This document shows, piece by piece, positions 40,855-41,072 of a stretch of 41,072 bases of DNA. A program made the position numbers and the translations under genes. This DNA is from a virus: the IMG/VR virus record IMGVR_UViG_3300050505_000076, positions 1 through 41,072 of that record. The stretch is one strand, 5' to 3'. Every line of letters begins with the position of its first letter. Within the stretch, counting starts at the first letter, position 1. The notes under the pieces were generated by a model. It saw nothing but the letters and a program-made list of their open reading frames with translations. It was not told the DNA's origin and ran no database searches.

Positions 40855-41072
40855 TCACCGTCCTGCACGGCGCGCGGCTTCTCGTTGCCGCTCGTATTCG
40901 CGCAGTTCCCGAAAGTTCATCTTCGCCGGATCCTGCTGGACAGGCGTCGTTTTACCTTCGATGGGAGTGATCGGTGCGGGCGCCCTCGAAACGGAGGGAG
41001 TTGCAGCCACTGCAGGTGTTGCAGGTTCGGGCTGCTTCTCGAACTTCGCTTCGAGTTTGCCGAGTTCCGCGA
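40855..41072 (-). CDS. Scaffolding protein, C-terminal part (continuation of 941..1 across the junction; 40946-41072 duplicates 1-127)
   Basis: The frame is continuous across the junction: ...PIEGKTTPVQQDPAKMNFRELREYERQREAARRAGR, with the stop at 40855-40857. The total is 343 aa. Confidence 0.75.
   Translation of the reverse strand, partial: AELGKLEAKFEKQPEPATPAVAATPSVSRAPAPITPIEGKTTPVQQDPAKMNFRELREYERQREAARRAGR
40946..41072. repeat. Terminal overlap, copy 2 (identical to 1-127)
   Basis: Exact 127-nt identity with the window start. It lies inside the scaffold gene reading frame. Confidence 0.97.

Larger units (their letters stand above)
1..40945. mobile_element. Complete circular temperate phage genome with P22-like podovirus-type morphogenesis genes and lambdoid-style immunity, replication and integration modules
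   Basis: The terminal 127 bp are duplicated exactly at both window ends. The window holds terminase, portal, scaffold, coat, adaptor, nozzle, ejection proteins, fibre, tailspike, lysis, repressor/cro, replication, xis/int and an attP-like tRNA fragment. Confidence 0.85.

Overview
The window is a complete, circularly closed genome of a temperate tailed phage. Bases 1-127 are identical to 40946-41072, so the unique length is 40,945 bp. It is GC-rich, densely coded and has many 1-4 nt gene overlaps. One long minus-strand unit runs from a cro-like gene (9857) through replication genes, terminase, portal, a scaffold gene that crosses the circular junction, a P22-like coat, adaptor, nozzle, ejection proteins, a tail fibre and a beta-helix tailspike (ending 24881), followed by a lysis cassette. 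One long plus-strand unit (10428-22418) starts at a PR-like promoter next to an XRE/CI-like repressor. It carries about 40 small early genes, an SSB, a xis-int module and an attP-like tRNA-Lys 3' half. No rRNA, intact tRNA or CRISPR array was seen. The most unusual feature is a three-enzyme sugar cassette (GT-A glycosyltransferase, RfbB-like 4,6-dehydratase, SAM methyltransferase). It is translationally coupled inside the head operon, between the coat gene plus a Ser/Thr-rich protein and the head-tail adaptor, which suggests virion glycosylation. Other notable items:
- a near-canonical phage-borne CsrA, divergent from an XRE regulator
- an opposite-strand methyltransferase abutting the tailspike
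- GIY-YIG/T5orf172 genes bracketing int/attP
- a GroES-like gene
- a secreted Fn3-like moron
- a Rieske protein
- iteron-like repeats inside the replication gene
- a 534-bp low-GC non-coding gap
All family assignments come from motif recognition by eye and need HMM or structure searches to confirm.
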